DNA of 64,000 nucleotides from Macrostomum lignano (Eukaryota): NCBI GenBank assembly GCA_002269645.1, contig NIVC01000292.1, positions 186,001 to 250,000 of the forward strand, read 5' to 3'. Shown piece by piece: positions 1 to 16,600 of this stretch (position 1 is its first letter; each line of letters starts with the position of its first letter). The notes under the pieces were generated by a model. It saw only the letters and a program-made list of their open reading frames with translations, ran no database searches and was not told where the DNA came from. The position numbers and the translations under genes were made by a program.

Positions 1-1763
1 GATTTCATTGGCTGGCGAGAGAACTTAAAATTATCGATCGTGCCAATTTTATACGGTTGCGAGAGAGGATAGCAAAATATACAATGAATTATAAATTGCC
101 ACAAAATCGTTGGGCACTACTACAAGTAAACGTCGCAATAAACGAATGGAAAAGTTTAGTTGAAACGGTGAAACTGAAGGGTTGAATGACTATGGAGAAC
201 AGCAGTCCAACGGCCCTTTTCGGGACCACCTTAAACTGACAACGTCACAATGAGCTTGCATTTATTTCGATGTCTTTGGTATCTCTATTAGATATTAATT
301 TGATATTAACTATTAGCGGGGAGCTACTCATGAACGCGGGCGGGCGGGCGGGCTCGGGGCGCGGGGCCTGGCTCCTCGGCGCGGCGCTCGGCGCGGCGCT
401 CGGCTCGGCGCTCGGCTCGGCGCTTATCATTGACTTTGGTTGCTGCTTGGTTTCAGGAAGATTAGCGGATCATTGTCTGAGCGCGAATACACATCAAACA
501 GGAATCTAATGCAGGAGTGCAATAGCACAGAAACCAAGAAAACTCAGCAATTGAGAAGGTCGAATATGAGCTCGGTTGAGGCAGAGAAAGAAAAAATGAA
601 CACACTGTGACTGCAGTCTCGTGAATAAGTTTTGTTCTTGAAAATCTCAGCGATAATACGCTCGTAATATTAATAATTGATGTAACCGCCCTTGTCGCCT
701 GTCCGCTTCGCTGGGAGACGAACGCATGACCAGAGGGGGCAATGACCGTAGGCTGCCTATGACCGGGCAATGACCTGACGGACCTCCAGCACCAGACTGT
801 CCCGCCCACATGATTGATAGCTTTGGTAGCGCTTTCGTGACCAGAGGGCCAAGGACCCACATGGACCCCGCCTGTAGCCAAGGTGCAATAGTTGGTCACT
901 CGGCCATAGCATGACCGAGTGGCTGCCACCACTCTATGTGACCTGGCGCACCTGGATCTTACTACCAGACCTCTCGAGGCTAGAGCCCCGCCTGGATTGG
1001 TTACCAGGAGATTTAGGCTAACATGCAGGGGATCAGACGCATGCAGCCGAGTACAGGGACTCTGCTTGGGGCATGATCGGGAACTCTGGGCTCAATCTGG
1101 AGGATTTCTCAGCAGGGGATCCTTTGTGGCTGTGATCGAGGCTGACTTGCGGTTTCAATTACTAAGAGTAGGGTGAGGCGAACATGTACTGTCTACAGTT
1201 TAGATTGCTCAGGGCGAAGGGACGCGTCAGCATGGGGTTGCAACCTTCCTACTGCCATTCTGTGCCAAGACTCGCTAATCCCTCTACTGCATGCACACAC
1301 GGCCCCGCAGCACGCACACACAGGCGGGCTTTGCACGGGGAGAGGCCATTAGCTTACCCGAACTTCCTTATGTCTTGCCACCCTGGGAGAAAGGCTTAGC
1401 AAGCCATGAATGAAATGATGGTGAACAGGTGAATAATGATGAGTTTAGTAATAGTTAACGATTAGGCCATTAGGCAAGATAATCAGGCAAATTAAGCGGC
1501 TTCACTATTGAATATAATACAGCAAAAGGTATGGTATCACAATTGGCTCAGCTCTCTAATTAAGCAATGGAAAAATAGGCGAACCCGGACAAGCAAGGCA
1601 ATAAGAGCACAAATCAGTAACAGGAACTTACCGGCAGCTGCACAGAAAAGAGAGCGATGGAGTGACCGACGACGGCTGTTGGCTGCAGACAGGCAGACAG
1701 TGAAGCGGCGATGCGCTGGAGCGACGAGGCGCTGATGTAGTTCAGGCGATGCTGAAGATGCTG

Positions 1764-1906
1764 GGCGGTATCAGACCGCTGGCCGGCAGATGAGCTCACT
1801 TGGGGAGCTGAAAGGAACTTGGCGGTATCAGACCGCTGGCCGGCAGATGAGCTCACTTGGGGAGCTGAAAGGAACTTGGCGGTAACAGACCGCGGACCGG
1901 CAGATG
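1764..1906. repeat. 57-bp tandem repeat, about 2.5 copies
   Basis: The unit ggcggtatcagaccgctggccggcagatgagctcacttggggagctgaaaggaactt starts at 1764 and 1821, with a partial diverged copy at 1878. Confidence 0.9.
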
Positions 1907-2959
1907 TTCGTCCTATGGACGAATAGGTCAGAGCAGCGTCTGACAGCAAGTCCAAAGTAAGACAAGGACGGAGGAGTTTGAGGATTCTCATGCCGAAAAC
2001 CGCTTCCTTAAATAGCCTTCCCAGCCGCCGCTCCAAGGTCGTTTCCATGACTCCCTCTCTCTGATTGGCTGCCGGCGAAATGACGTCAGAATGAGTCATG
2101 ATGAGAAGCATGAGAACGAATTAGCAACATGAGAAATGGACAAATTGCGCAATCCGGAGGTGGGGTGGGGGATAATTGGCGCAGCGGGAGGTCGGGAAAG
2201 TGTTGCGCAAGCAAACGTTGAGAACAATAGGGCTGGGGTCGAGAACAAAGGAAATGGAAATCGGGGATAATTGGGGAGAACAGAGAACAATAGAAAAGCA
2301 GACATTGGAGAAAAGGTGATAATTGGGTGCGAAAAGGAGAACAAAAGAATCAAAAACGAAAACAATAGAAGCGGAGGTGGGGTGGGTGTCGCATGAGAAA
2401 TTTGGGGAGGAGAACAATAGCATGAGAAAAGGTTGCGCAAGAGGGGGTGGTGAGTCATCGATGAGTCATCGAGGGGAAAGAGGGGTCACAAGACTTGCGT
2501 CACCATTTGGGACTTTACTAACGGGTGGGGGTGACGGTGAGCGCACAAAGTACTGTAAGTAGGCACCGAGAAAGGGGGAACAGCGCAGGAAAACAGTACA
2601 AAAGAGACAAAAAGATGGGAATCGGAAGAAGTACATAATAGATAGGGTAGAGCGCATAGGAAATAGAGTAGCTGGTGGGTGCAGAGGGAGACAGGGGCTC
2701 CGGAAAGGCACGTGTGGCGGGAGTGTGAGACGGAGCCGAGGCAGCAGGGGGATGCAGCAGAGCGGGAGTCAGCAGGCCGGGTTAAGGACCTGACCCAGTC
2801 TGCTCAGGAGGTGCACCGAGATCGGAGGTACTTTTGAAAAATTTCCCTTGCCATATCCCGCGACCAGAGCGTGGTTACATAAATCATAATTAAATACATA
2901 TGCCCTAACTGACAGCTCAGCCGCAGCAATTGCGCGGCGCATCTGAAGGCTGCGTACGG

Positions 2960-3172
2960 CTGTTCAGTCTAATGAACGGTGGGGGGGGCGCCCGGGCGCC
3001 ACACGCACCCTCGATTACCGCAGCAAGCGCTGGCACCCATTTTACAGCTGGGTGAACTGAAGCAATGCAAATTTGAGTGTCTTGCTCAAGGACAAATTGT
3101 TCCAGTGGAATTAGGAGTCGAACCCCCGACCTTTAAGTCGTAAGTCCGACGCTCTAACCACCCTAGGCTGCA
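2960..3172 (-). mobile_element. tRNA-derived SINE
   Basis: The minus strand reads gcagcctagggtggttagagcgtcggacttacgacttaaaggtcgggggttcgactcc. This has a Pol III A-box (TGGTTAGAGCG) and B-box (GGTTCGACTCC), followed by a non-tRNA body. No complete acceptor stem was seen. The left boundary is approximate. Confidence 0.65.
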
Positions 3173-3265
3173 CACCCTTCGAGCAGTGGCAATTATCTAG
3201 TGTGCTAATTTGACTGATAAGCAGGTTTTTAAAAATCAAATAAAATCATGGTAGGCATTGCTTAC

Positions 3266-3355
3266 CTTCCAGTGGCGGCGCTTCACGTGGCGAGCATAAT
3301 TTTTTAAAGTTATCCATTCGCCGCAATGCCGGCATTGTCGCATGTTTGCTGACAT
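3266..3355 (-). CDS. Candidate first coding exon with a C2H2-like zinc-finger motif; downstream exons not identified
   Basis: MSANMRQCRHCGEWITLKNYARHVKRRHWK (C-x2-C-x11-H-x4-H) ends at an AAG|GTAAGC donor. A ttcag acceptor lies 8 nt upstream of the ATG. Confidence 0.3.
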
Positions 3356-3789
3356 GGTTGAAGCTGAAGACGCGACACTAATGAAGCGTTTTAATGGATT
3401 CTTATAATGATAAGCCGGACCGGATGTCCCGAATACGAGACAAACAGGCACTTTTGCTGCAGCCGAAAGCGTAAAACCGAGTTCTATGGCTAAAAGTGCA
3501 GTTGCGCTGCACTGCCGTTGCGCTCGCAAGGGCGTATTCAGAATGCCAATGACTAGAGTAGAGTAGTGAGAGAGAGACAGACAGACCCTGCTCCTAGCCA
3601 AGCGTTTTGCATCTGTTTTCATTGTATAAAACATTGAATTAATTTGCATGGTGCGGAGGCCCTGCGTTGGCATGCATTGGCGCATATGGATAGCATTCAT
3701 GCATGCCAATAATGCCACTTCTATGCACTGTTTTAGCGACCTGTGTGGTTTCCCACTCTTCCAGTCGTCAAATCATCCAGTCTTCCGGT

Positions 3790-5150
3790 CTTCAACTTTT
3801 CCAGTCTTCCGGAATTCCACTCTTCCACTCTTCCACTCTTCGATTTCCAATCTTCCACTCTTCCACTCTTCCACTCATCCACTCTTCCACTCTTTCAATC
3901 TTCCACTCTTCCACTCATCCACTCTTCCACTCTTCCACTCTTCCACTCATCCACTCTTCCACTCTTCCACTCTTCGATTTCCAATCTTCCACTCTTCCAC
4001 TCTTCCACTCATCCACTCTTCCACTCTTTCAATCTTCCACTCTTCCACTCTTCCACTCTTCGATTTCCAATCTTCCACTCTTCCACTCTTCCACTCATCC
4101 ACTCTTCCACTCTTTCAATCTTCCACTCTTCCACTCATCCACTCTTCCACTCTTCCACTCTTCCACTCATCCACTCTTCCACTCTTTCAATCTTCCACTC
4201 TTCCACTCAACCACTCTTCCACTCTTTCAATCTTCCACTCTTCCACTCATCCACTCTTCCACTCTTCCACTCTTCCACTCTTTCAATCTTCCACTCTTCC
4301 ACTCATCCACTCTTCCACTCTTCCACTCTTCCACTCATCCACTCTTCCACTCTTTCAATCTTCCACTCTTCCACTCATCCACTCTTCCACTCTTCCACTC
4401 TTCCACTCATCCACTCTTCCACTCTTCCACTCTTCCACTCTTTCAATCTTCCACTCATCCACTCTTCCACTCTTTCAATCTTCCACTCTTCCACTCATCC
4501 ACTCTTCCACTCATCCACTCTTCCACTCTTCCACTCTTCCACTCATCCACTCATCCACTCTTCCACTCTTCCACTCTTCCACTCATCCACTCTTCCACTC
4601 TTTCAATCTTCCACTCTTCCACTCATCCACTCTTCTACTCTTCCACTCTTCCACTCTTCCACTCTTCCACTCTTCCATTCTTCCACTCTTTCAATCTTCC
4701 ACTCTTCCACTCTTTCAATCTTCCACTCTTCCACTCATCCACTCTTCCACTCTTCCACTCTTCCACTCATCCACTCATCCACTCTTCCACTCTTCCACTC
4801 ATCCACTCTTCCACTCTTTCAATCTTCCACTCTTCCACTCATCCACTCTTCCACTCTTCCACTCTTCCACTCTTCCACTCTTCCACTCTTCCACTCTTCC
4901 ACTCTTCCACTCTTCTACTCTTCCACTCTTCCACTCATCCACTCTTCCACTCTTCCACTCTTCCATTCTTCCACTCGTTCACTCTTCCAGTCTTCCGGTC
5001 TTCAACTTTTCCTGTCTTCCGGAATTCCACTTTTCCAGTCTTCCACTCTTCAATCTTCCAATCTTCCACTCTTCAATCTTCCAATCTTCCAATCTTCCAC
5101 TCTTCCTGTCTTCCGGTTTTCCAGTCTTCCGGTCTTCCACTTTTCCACTC
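3790..5150. repeat. 8-bp microsatellite (CTTCCACT)n with variants
   Basis: Directly visible. It generates the three spurious HSSTLPLF ORFs. Confidence 0.95.
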
Positions 5151-5848
5151 TTCTAGTCTACTCTTCCAATCTTCCGGAGGTCTTCCGGTCTTCAAATCTT
5201 CCAGTTTTTCGTGGAGCTCGTCACAATGTTCGACCGCTCGGCCCAAAAACTCGGAAGGACAGCTGGCAAGGATGCTTGAAAATCAGTGCGTACTGTGGTG
5301 AAAGAGGCAACAGGTAAAATCTGGAGCATCCCGCTGCTCATCTGTGCTCAAACAGGCCCCTCCCCCAGAAGGCTTGTTGTGTAATATTTATTGGCTTGGT
5401 AACGTAAGCGCTGATGAAGCGAAACACCACTTTAATGCTTCAATGTGCAGTTTGTTCAGACCCATTTTATAATTGATTTGAGCAATATTTGACCCGCGGA
5501 GCAACCGGTAATAATGTGAACCGGCCTTCAATGTAGCTTTGGAGCTGCGACAAATGGTATCGCACCGCATTTGTTGTAGACAAAAGGTCATTTTTATCCA
5601 TGGAAAACTGCAGCAGAACCACTGCAGCTACACTCGGCTGTATTAGAAGTGTGCCGGAAGGCCGGTAGGGAATGCAAATTTGTTGTATCGGTTGCGTATT
5701 CAAGCAAGCTCTCGAGAAATCAGCTTTTTCCTTATTCGAATTCTTGTTTCCAAAGTGATCCAAATCGAATTTTCACGAGTTGCACTGGTCACTTGCACTG
5801 CTGACATCAGACTCCGTTGTCCAGGAAGGCATGTCCTTTTGCATCACT

Positions 5849-6520
5849 TCCCCTCTTGAGCCTTGGCTTCTCAGAAACTCCCCTCTTGAGCCTTGGCTTC
5901 TCAGCAACTCCCTTTTGAGCCTTGGCATCTCAGCAACTCCCTCTTGAGCCTTGGCTTCTCAGCAACTCCCTCTTGAGCCTTGGCATCTCAGCAACTCCCC
6001 TCTTGAGCCTTGGCTTCTCAGCAACTCCCTCTTGAGCCTTGGCTTCTCAGCAACTCCCCTCTTGAGCCTTGGCTTCTCAGCAACTCCCTCTTGAGCCTTG
6101 GCTTCTCAGCAACTCCCTCTTGAGCCTTGGCTTCTCAGCAACTCCCTCTTGAGCCTTGGCTTCTCAGCAACTCCCCTCTTGAGCCTTGGCTTCTCAGCAA
6201 CTCCCTCTTGAGCCTTGGCTTCTCAGCAACTCCCTCTTGAGCCTTGGCTTCTCAGCAACTCCCTCTTGAGCCTTGGCTTCTCAGCAACTCCCTCTTGAGC
6301 CTTGGCTTCTCAGCAACTCCCCTCTTGAGCCTTGGCTTCTCAGCAACTCCCTCTTGAGCCTTGGCTTCTCAGCAACTCCCTCTTGAGCCTTGGCTTCTCA
6401 GCAACTCCCTCTTGAGCCTTGGCTTCTCAGCAACTCCCTCTTGAGCCTTGGCTTCTCAGCAACTCCCCTCTTGAGCCTTGGCTTCTCAGCAACTCCCCTC
6501 TTGAGCCTTAGCATCTCAGC
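5849..6520. repeat. 29/30-bp minisatellite, about 22 copies
   Basis: Unit ccctcttgagccttggcttctcagcaact with period 29 (e.g. 6061 and 6090). No unique spacers. Confidence 0.95.
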
Positions 6521-6811
6521 GCTATTCGATGCTCTCTCAGCGTGCTAAAAATTCAGTGCCATAAGAAGCATATTTTGACAGTTAATCTGGTAAGCAAGAG
6601 AACATGCGGTTCTGCATCAGGAAATGACCAGCTTCAGATACGCAAAGACAAATAATGACTGAGAACTTTCGAATAGAAGAACATCACGTGACTTAATTAA
6701 CAAAATATTTGACGAGGTTGTTTTCAATTTAAAGTCCATGGGTTTCTCAATTTTTTGTTCCCTTTTTCGATTCAAACCGCGAACGACTCCAAGCCGAAAG
6801 GCCCGGTGAAC

Positions 6812-7811
6812 TCAGCGAGGAGGCATGAAGTCGCTGGGACCGCAGTGCGTCTCCAAGCTGCCCGCCAGGTACCAGCCGCAGTAGCCGGTGCAGCACTCAG
6901 CTGACCGGCTGCACAGCTTCCAGCGTTCGATGCATTTGGCTGCTGTGGGAACTGCCGCAACTGCCGTGGGGAGGGAAACTGACTCAGTGAGTGACTGGTG
7001 CAGTGTGGGTGACTCAGTGAGTGACTGGTGCAGTGTGGGTGACTCAGTGAGTGACTGGTGCAGTGTGGGTGACTAAGTGAGTAACTGGTGCAGTGTGGGT
7101 GACTCAGTGAGTGACTGGTGCAGTGTGGGTGACTCAGTGAGTAACTGGTGCAGTGTGGGTGACTCAGTGAGTGACCGGTGCAGTGTGGGTGACTCAGTGA
7201 GTGACTGGTGCAGTGTGGGTGACTCAGTGAGTGACTGGTGCAGTGTGGGTGACTCAGTGAGTGACTGGTGCAGTGTGGATGACTAAGTGAGTAACTGGTG
7301 CAGTGTGGGTGACTCAGTGAGTGACTGGTGCAGTGTGGGTGACTCAGTGAGTAACTGGTGCAGTGTGGGTGACTCAGTGAGTGACTGGTGCAGCATGGGT
7401 GACTCAGTGAGTGACTGGTGCAGCATGGGTGACTCAGTGAGTGACTGGTGCAGTATGGGTGACTCAGTGAGTGACTGGTGCAGTGTGGGTGACTCAGTGA
7501 GTGACTGGTGCAGTGTGGGTGACTCAGTGAGTGACTGGTGCAGCATGTGAGACTCAGTGAGTGACTGGTGCAGTATGGGTGACTCAGTGAGTGACTGGTG
7601 CAGTGTGGGTGACTCAGTGAGTGACTGGTGCAGTGTGGGTGACTCAGTGAGTGACTGGTGCAGCATGTGAGACTCAGTGAGTGACTGGTGCAGCATGGGT
7701 GACTCAGTGAGTGACTGGTGCAGCATGGGTGACACCACAGCTTGAACACTCACCAAGCAGCGCAGCGCATGCGAGAGCAATCAGGATCAGGTGCAGTCGG
7801 CATGCTAGCAT
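6812..7811 (-). CDS. Secreted inhibitor-cystine-knot (knottin, conotoxin-like) peptide precursor, 68 aa, 2 exons
   Basis: Exon 1 7811-7754 (MLACRLHLILIALACAALL plus G, donor GTGAGT). Exon 2 6960-6812 follows a pyrimidine-rich ...tttccctccccacggcag acceptor, and the phase-1 junction gives Val. Product: MLACRLHLILIALACAALLVAAVPTAAKCIERWKLCSRSAECCTGYCGWYLAGSLETHCGPSDFMPPR*. It has a hydrophobic signal peptide and a C-x6-C-x5-CC-x3-C-x11-C pattern. Confidence 0.85.
6979..7733. repeat. 30-bp minisatellite filling the knottin intron, about 25 copies
   Basis: Unit gactcagtgagtgactggtgcagtgtgggt with period 30. Confidence 0.95.
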
Positions 7812-8139
7812 TTGAAACATTATTTGACTGTCTGTAATAAACTTTTTGATGATTCAAAAATTGTTTTATCAAGAGATGAAGAAAATGCAGAAAAATAGTG
7901 GAAAATGATCAAGTTGGCTAGGGTACAATATATCAGCAAAATCTGATATGCCATAGATTGGAGAATTTGTCTTGAAATGCGATTTCACATCTCAAGCCGT
8001 GTGAGATGTGTGCAATTGGAAAATGGTCATCAATAATACTCCAATCTGTCTCAAAGTCTGAAGATATCAAGCGGGGGCAAAATACAGAAAGAACTCTTGG
8101 CTCTCACCTCGAAAAAATCATTTGAAAAACTTGCCGCCA

Positions 8140-9005
8140 GATACAGAGGGGGCGCCAGTTACAGAGGGGGGCGCCAGCTACAGAGAGGCGCCAGCTACAG
8201 AAAGAGGCGCCAGTTACAGAGAGGGGCGCCAGCTACAGATAGGGGCGCCAGTTACAGAGAGGCGCCAGCTACAGAAAGAGGCGCCAGTTACAGAGAGGGG
8301 CGCCAGCTACAGATAGGGGCGCCAGTTACAGAGAGGGGCGCCAGCTACAGAGAGGGGCGCCAGTTACAGAGAGGCGCCAGCTACAGAAAGAGGCGCCAGT
8401 TACAGAGAGGGGCGCCAGCTACAGATAGGGGCGCCAGTTACAGAGAGGGGCGCCAGCTACAGAGAGGGGCGCCAGTTACAGAGAGGCGCCAGCTACAGAA
8501 AGAGGCGCCAGTTACAGAGAGGGGCGCCAGCTACAGATAGGGGCGCCAGTTACAGAGAGGGGCGCCAGCTACAGAGAGGGGCGCCAGTTACAGAGAGGGG
8601 CGCCAGCTACAGAGAGGCGCCAGCTACAGAGAGGCGCCAGCTACAGAAAGAGGCGCCAGTTACAGAGAGGGGCGCCAGCTACAGAGAGGGGCGCCAGTTA
8701 CAGAGAGGCGCCAGCTACAGAAAGAGGCGCCAGTTACAGAGAGGGGCGCCAGCTACAGATAGGGGCGCCAGTTACAGAGAGGGGCGCCAGCTACAGAGAG
8801 GGGCGCCAGTTACAGAGAGGGGCGCCAGCTACAGAGAGGCGCCAGCTACAGAGAGGCGCCAGCTACAGAAAGAGGCGCCAGTTACAGAGAGGGGCGCCAG
8901 CTACAGAGAGGGGCGCCAGTTACAGAGAGGGCGCCAGCTACAGAGAGGGGCGCCAGTTACAGAGAGGGGCGCTAGTTACAGAGAGGGCGCCAGCTACAAA
9001 AGAGG
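8140..9005. repeat. About 19-bp minisatellite (ggcgccagttacagagagg variants)
   Basis: Directly visible between the 4-TM gene and the knottin gene. Confidence 0.95.
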
Positions 9006-9324
9006 CGCAAACTTGATACCATGGGCAGGAAAGTTGCCCGCTAGCCAAACTCAGCAGGCGATTTGCATTCCATTTGAGCCAGACGATAAGAAAAAAGTCC
9101 AAGGTTGCTGCCAGTAGACTATAGTACATCTAGCTCTTTGTTACAAACTTCAATGCGGATAACGTGTATATTTTCGTCAAAAAAAATTATAAAAGATCTA
9201 AAACTTTTTGTTGCATTTTCCCTGACAAGCACGCTACAGAATACAGAAAATAAGTTCTGCTTGTTGATAAAGCAACATCCTATGCAGAATTTTGCAGAAT
9301 TCCTAGGCGACCGAGTCCGGTGCG

Positions 9325-13091
<3,767 letters not shown>

Positions 13092-13620
13092 TTCTGTTAA
13101 AACTATTTAATCGCAATGATCTACGCTACAATTTCTTCAAACTAAGCTTTTCGATCAGCCAGTCTCTTGTCTATCTCGCCTGCTTTCTTTTGAGCAAATT
13201 GAATGGCAGTAGCTGCAGTTTCGGCCATAGACTATTCGGCAGCAATCGGTGGCGAAATTTTCTCGGTAAAATTTCAGTTTGTATGCAAAGCGAGCTACAT
13301 AGACGCCTAAATGAGAGTAGCATGATCACATTTAACCAAAGAGTAGTGAGAAAGGGTAGCTTTAACACCACCATAGTTTGTGAGCTCACTGACCTCGAGA
13401 GATGAAACAAGTGACATGGTCAACACACTTTGGTGTACAGGGAGCGACATACTTAATGTCATTAGCATTACTTTAGTTCATTTATTCGGCTTCCACTGCG
13501 TCATAGGAGTGCACATAGATAGTAAGAGACCTGTTTACCAGCTCAGTGCCATACAAACGAAAAAGCAATTGCAATAAAATTTGACAGTTGTGATGGCATT
13601 TCCCATATTGCGGTGAAGAG

Positions 13621-16600
13621 TTACAGGGCACCTTTGCTGGCTTTCTGAGCCATTTCATCGCACGACTTCACCAGCTTCACGAACACCTGGTCCAGCGACA
13701 TCTGGTAGAAGGCCCAGTAGCTCACCCCCAGACGGCTCTGGTTGGCCGCCAGCCACCTCAGCGCGTCCGACAGGCTGCGCACTGCCGACTTCGGCACTGA
13801 GAACTGCATGACCAGGCCCAGGCCGAGGTCCTCCTGCGTCTGCGCTCCTTTGAACTGCTCCAGCACCGCAGTCTTGATCGAATGTCTTCTCTGTTTTATC
13901 GCCGACTCGGTCACCGGCTCCAGCAGCAGGTCCAGCGTGTACGCGTCACCGTGGCTGCAGATGGGAGTAGAAAGTGTCAATGTGCAAAGGGGACAAAGTA
14001 TTCTGCATATTAACACATAAAATGGAATCTATAAAGCAGAGGAACTCTTTGTGTTCAACAGTTAGAAATGGCAACCATTCGGCACATTTGGAAATCAAAA
14101 AGTCAGCTCACCGGCTCCTCAGCTGCTGCACGGTGCCCACCGAGATCATCCTGCCCTTGTTCATGATGCCGACCCGACTGCACAGAGCCTCGACCTCCTC
14201 CATGCTGTGAGTCGTGACCATGACAGACCTTTTCTTGTGCACCATGCGGCGGATGGCGCCCCAGATGAAGCGCTTGTTCTCGGGATCTACGCCGGTCGAG
14301 GCCTCGTCGATGACGATGAGCGCCGGGTCGCCCAGCAGAGCGATGGCGAGGCAGAGACGCCGCTTGCTGCCAGCCGACAGCTGGCCGGCCTCCGTGTTCC
14401 AGTGCTGTGCCAGGCCCAGACTCGTAATCAAACTGTTAGTCTGGCGCTCCGCCTCGATCGAGTTGAGACCGCGGATGTCCGCGTAGAAGCGGATGTGCTC
14501 GGCCACGGTGATGCTGTTGAACAGCGGGTTGTGCTGCGGGCAGTAGCCGATGGCGCCGATCTGAGCAGCCTCCCGGCTGAGCATCCACGTGTTCGAGTGC
14601 AGACGAACCTTACAGACACCTTCAGTGGCGGCCTCCTCGCCGACAATCACCGACATGGAGGTGGACTTTCCGGCTCCGTTCGCGCCCAGCAGACCGAAGA
14701 TCTCGTCAGTCATGGCTCCGTATGTGACTCCTCGAACTGCGTGAACTCCGTTTGCATAAGTCTTGCGCAAGTTCCGCACTTCCAGCACATTTCTCTTATT
14801 CAAAGGTGCTACAAGAACTCTTTCCGCTTCATTTCGAGCACCTTCGTCCATTTCGCTATTTGACTCGTACGTTGCATTGTCAAGAGCTCCGGAGCAGCAG
14901 ACGCCAGTAAAAGTCACTCTGATTATGGAACTGTTCTCGGCAAGACAGATGATGCCGCTCAGGATCACAATGTGCACTGGCATGGCTAGCAGTGCGTAAA
15001 ATATGGCCGGATTTTTGTTAATGCTTTCCATCAGACCGGGCAGTGCGGAGCCACTCGGAGAGTTATAGTATTCCCGTTTGTAAAACAAATAAGCGAGGCA
15101 GCTGTAGATCAGCCCGAGCGGCGCTGCGGGAGGCACCAGCCAGACTAACAGCTGCAGAGCAATGGAGTTGCTGATATGTGTGATGGCAAGGGGCATAATC
15201 ACCACGAACATGTTGCAGAACACGGAGACGATGGTGCTCCTGGTCCGAGTGACGGCCGCTATGGCATAGATCGTCAGCAGGTTAGATACAATTCCAAAGA
15301 TGTAAGCCGGAAGAAAAGCCATCAGGGTGAGATACGCCGATCTGTACGCCTCCGAAATCATTAAAAGAGCAACTGCAGACATGAAGCAGAGCGCATACTG
15401 AATCCAGTGCATGGCAAATGTGTTCATCCAATAGGCGAACAAGCCCATCCCGGTGGACATAAGATGGCTTCTCACTCTGCTGCTCATGTCTTCAATTGGA
15501 TCGTTCAAATAGGAGACGGGGAAAAGGCAGATGGCGTAGAAGAAGGCCTGCATGGAGATTCCAGTGCGTACAGACGCGCCCACGGGTCGAATAAAGGATA
15601 AGGCGGTCGTGTTCTCGACATCAGAAATTCCAAACACCCGAAATACTTTTGCCAGCGCCCTGCGGTATATATGAACAGCGGCACCCTGGGTGTCATCACT
15701 AATCAGTACTCCAACAGTGACGGAGCGCTGTGTATCGGGTATGCTTTCCAACCATGACGAAGCATAATATAACACACAAGGCGGTAAGGAACCGTCTTTG
15801 TTTATCCAGCCATTGTACTTGAGATGGCGTAAAATTTCCTTCCTTGTAGTATCATTCGACAGAAACTCCTTCAGACTTTGGGCAGCGGGCTTGTAAACAA
15901 TGATAGGAATTTTGCCTTCCTCTGGATCGTGCAAAGCCAGAGATTCGCAAATTTTTATGTGCGACAGGCTGTCTGAGCTCCCATCAACTATGCAGGCGGT
16001 AGCCAGCGAGGCGTCGCCGAAGTCCCGACTGCGAATCGCCGAGGCCGTGGTTAGCATGCCCATCTGGATTGTTTCCGCGTCATTCAGACTGCTTATCGAT
16101 GTGTCCTTAAAAACAAGCGAGCCAGCGCATATGAGCGCCAACAGTGCCGTGGGCACCAGAAACCTGCTCATTAAACTGGACGTGACGCGTAGCTGCCGCT
16201 TGATGTTCATGGAAAAAAGTACCAAAAACTGCTTCGTCACCGATGCGTAATGTAAATTTCGTTGGTGGAGCTTTGTGGGCTCTTTGTTTCCAGTGTCTTG
16301 AACTGACGCACCCAAGTATTCTAAATGGTTCGGTGCCAAAAGAGTGCCCATCTTAAAGGCTTCGATAACTTCGTCGGATTCCATTCCACTAAGCCTCATA
16401 AAGATGTCGCCCAGAGATGCTTGCGACAGGCCAAAAGTCTCGACCTCGGTGCTGGTCTCCAGAACATGAACTGCTTCCGTTAAAATTGACGAATCCAAAG
16501 CTGGAACTTGCAGCCGAAGCTCGGTTTCTTCATGGCTTTTCACATGGACCTGCTTCAGCTTGGCCAGCAGCGACTCCGCGCCTGACTTGGACTTCAGCGA

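Noticed and set aside
3100-3172. Possible tRNA gene on the minus strand
   Set aside because: A and B boxes are present, but no proper acceptor stem was seen and it runs into a SINE-like body.
3648-5317. Three 500-aa ORFs (HSSTLPLF repeats)
   Set aside because: Translations of an 8-bp microsatellite that is open in all three frames; no coding signal.
5849-6520. CRISPR-like appearance of the 29-bp array (also the 40-bp array at 30.4 kb and the 46-bp array at 41.5 kb)
   Set aside because: Units are contiguous with no unique spacers, there are no cas genes, and the context is eukaryotic.
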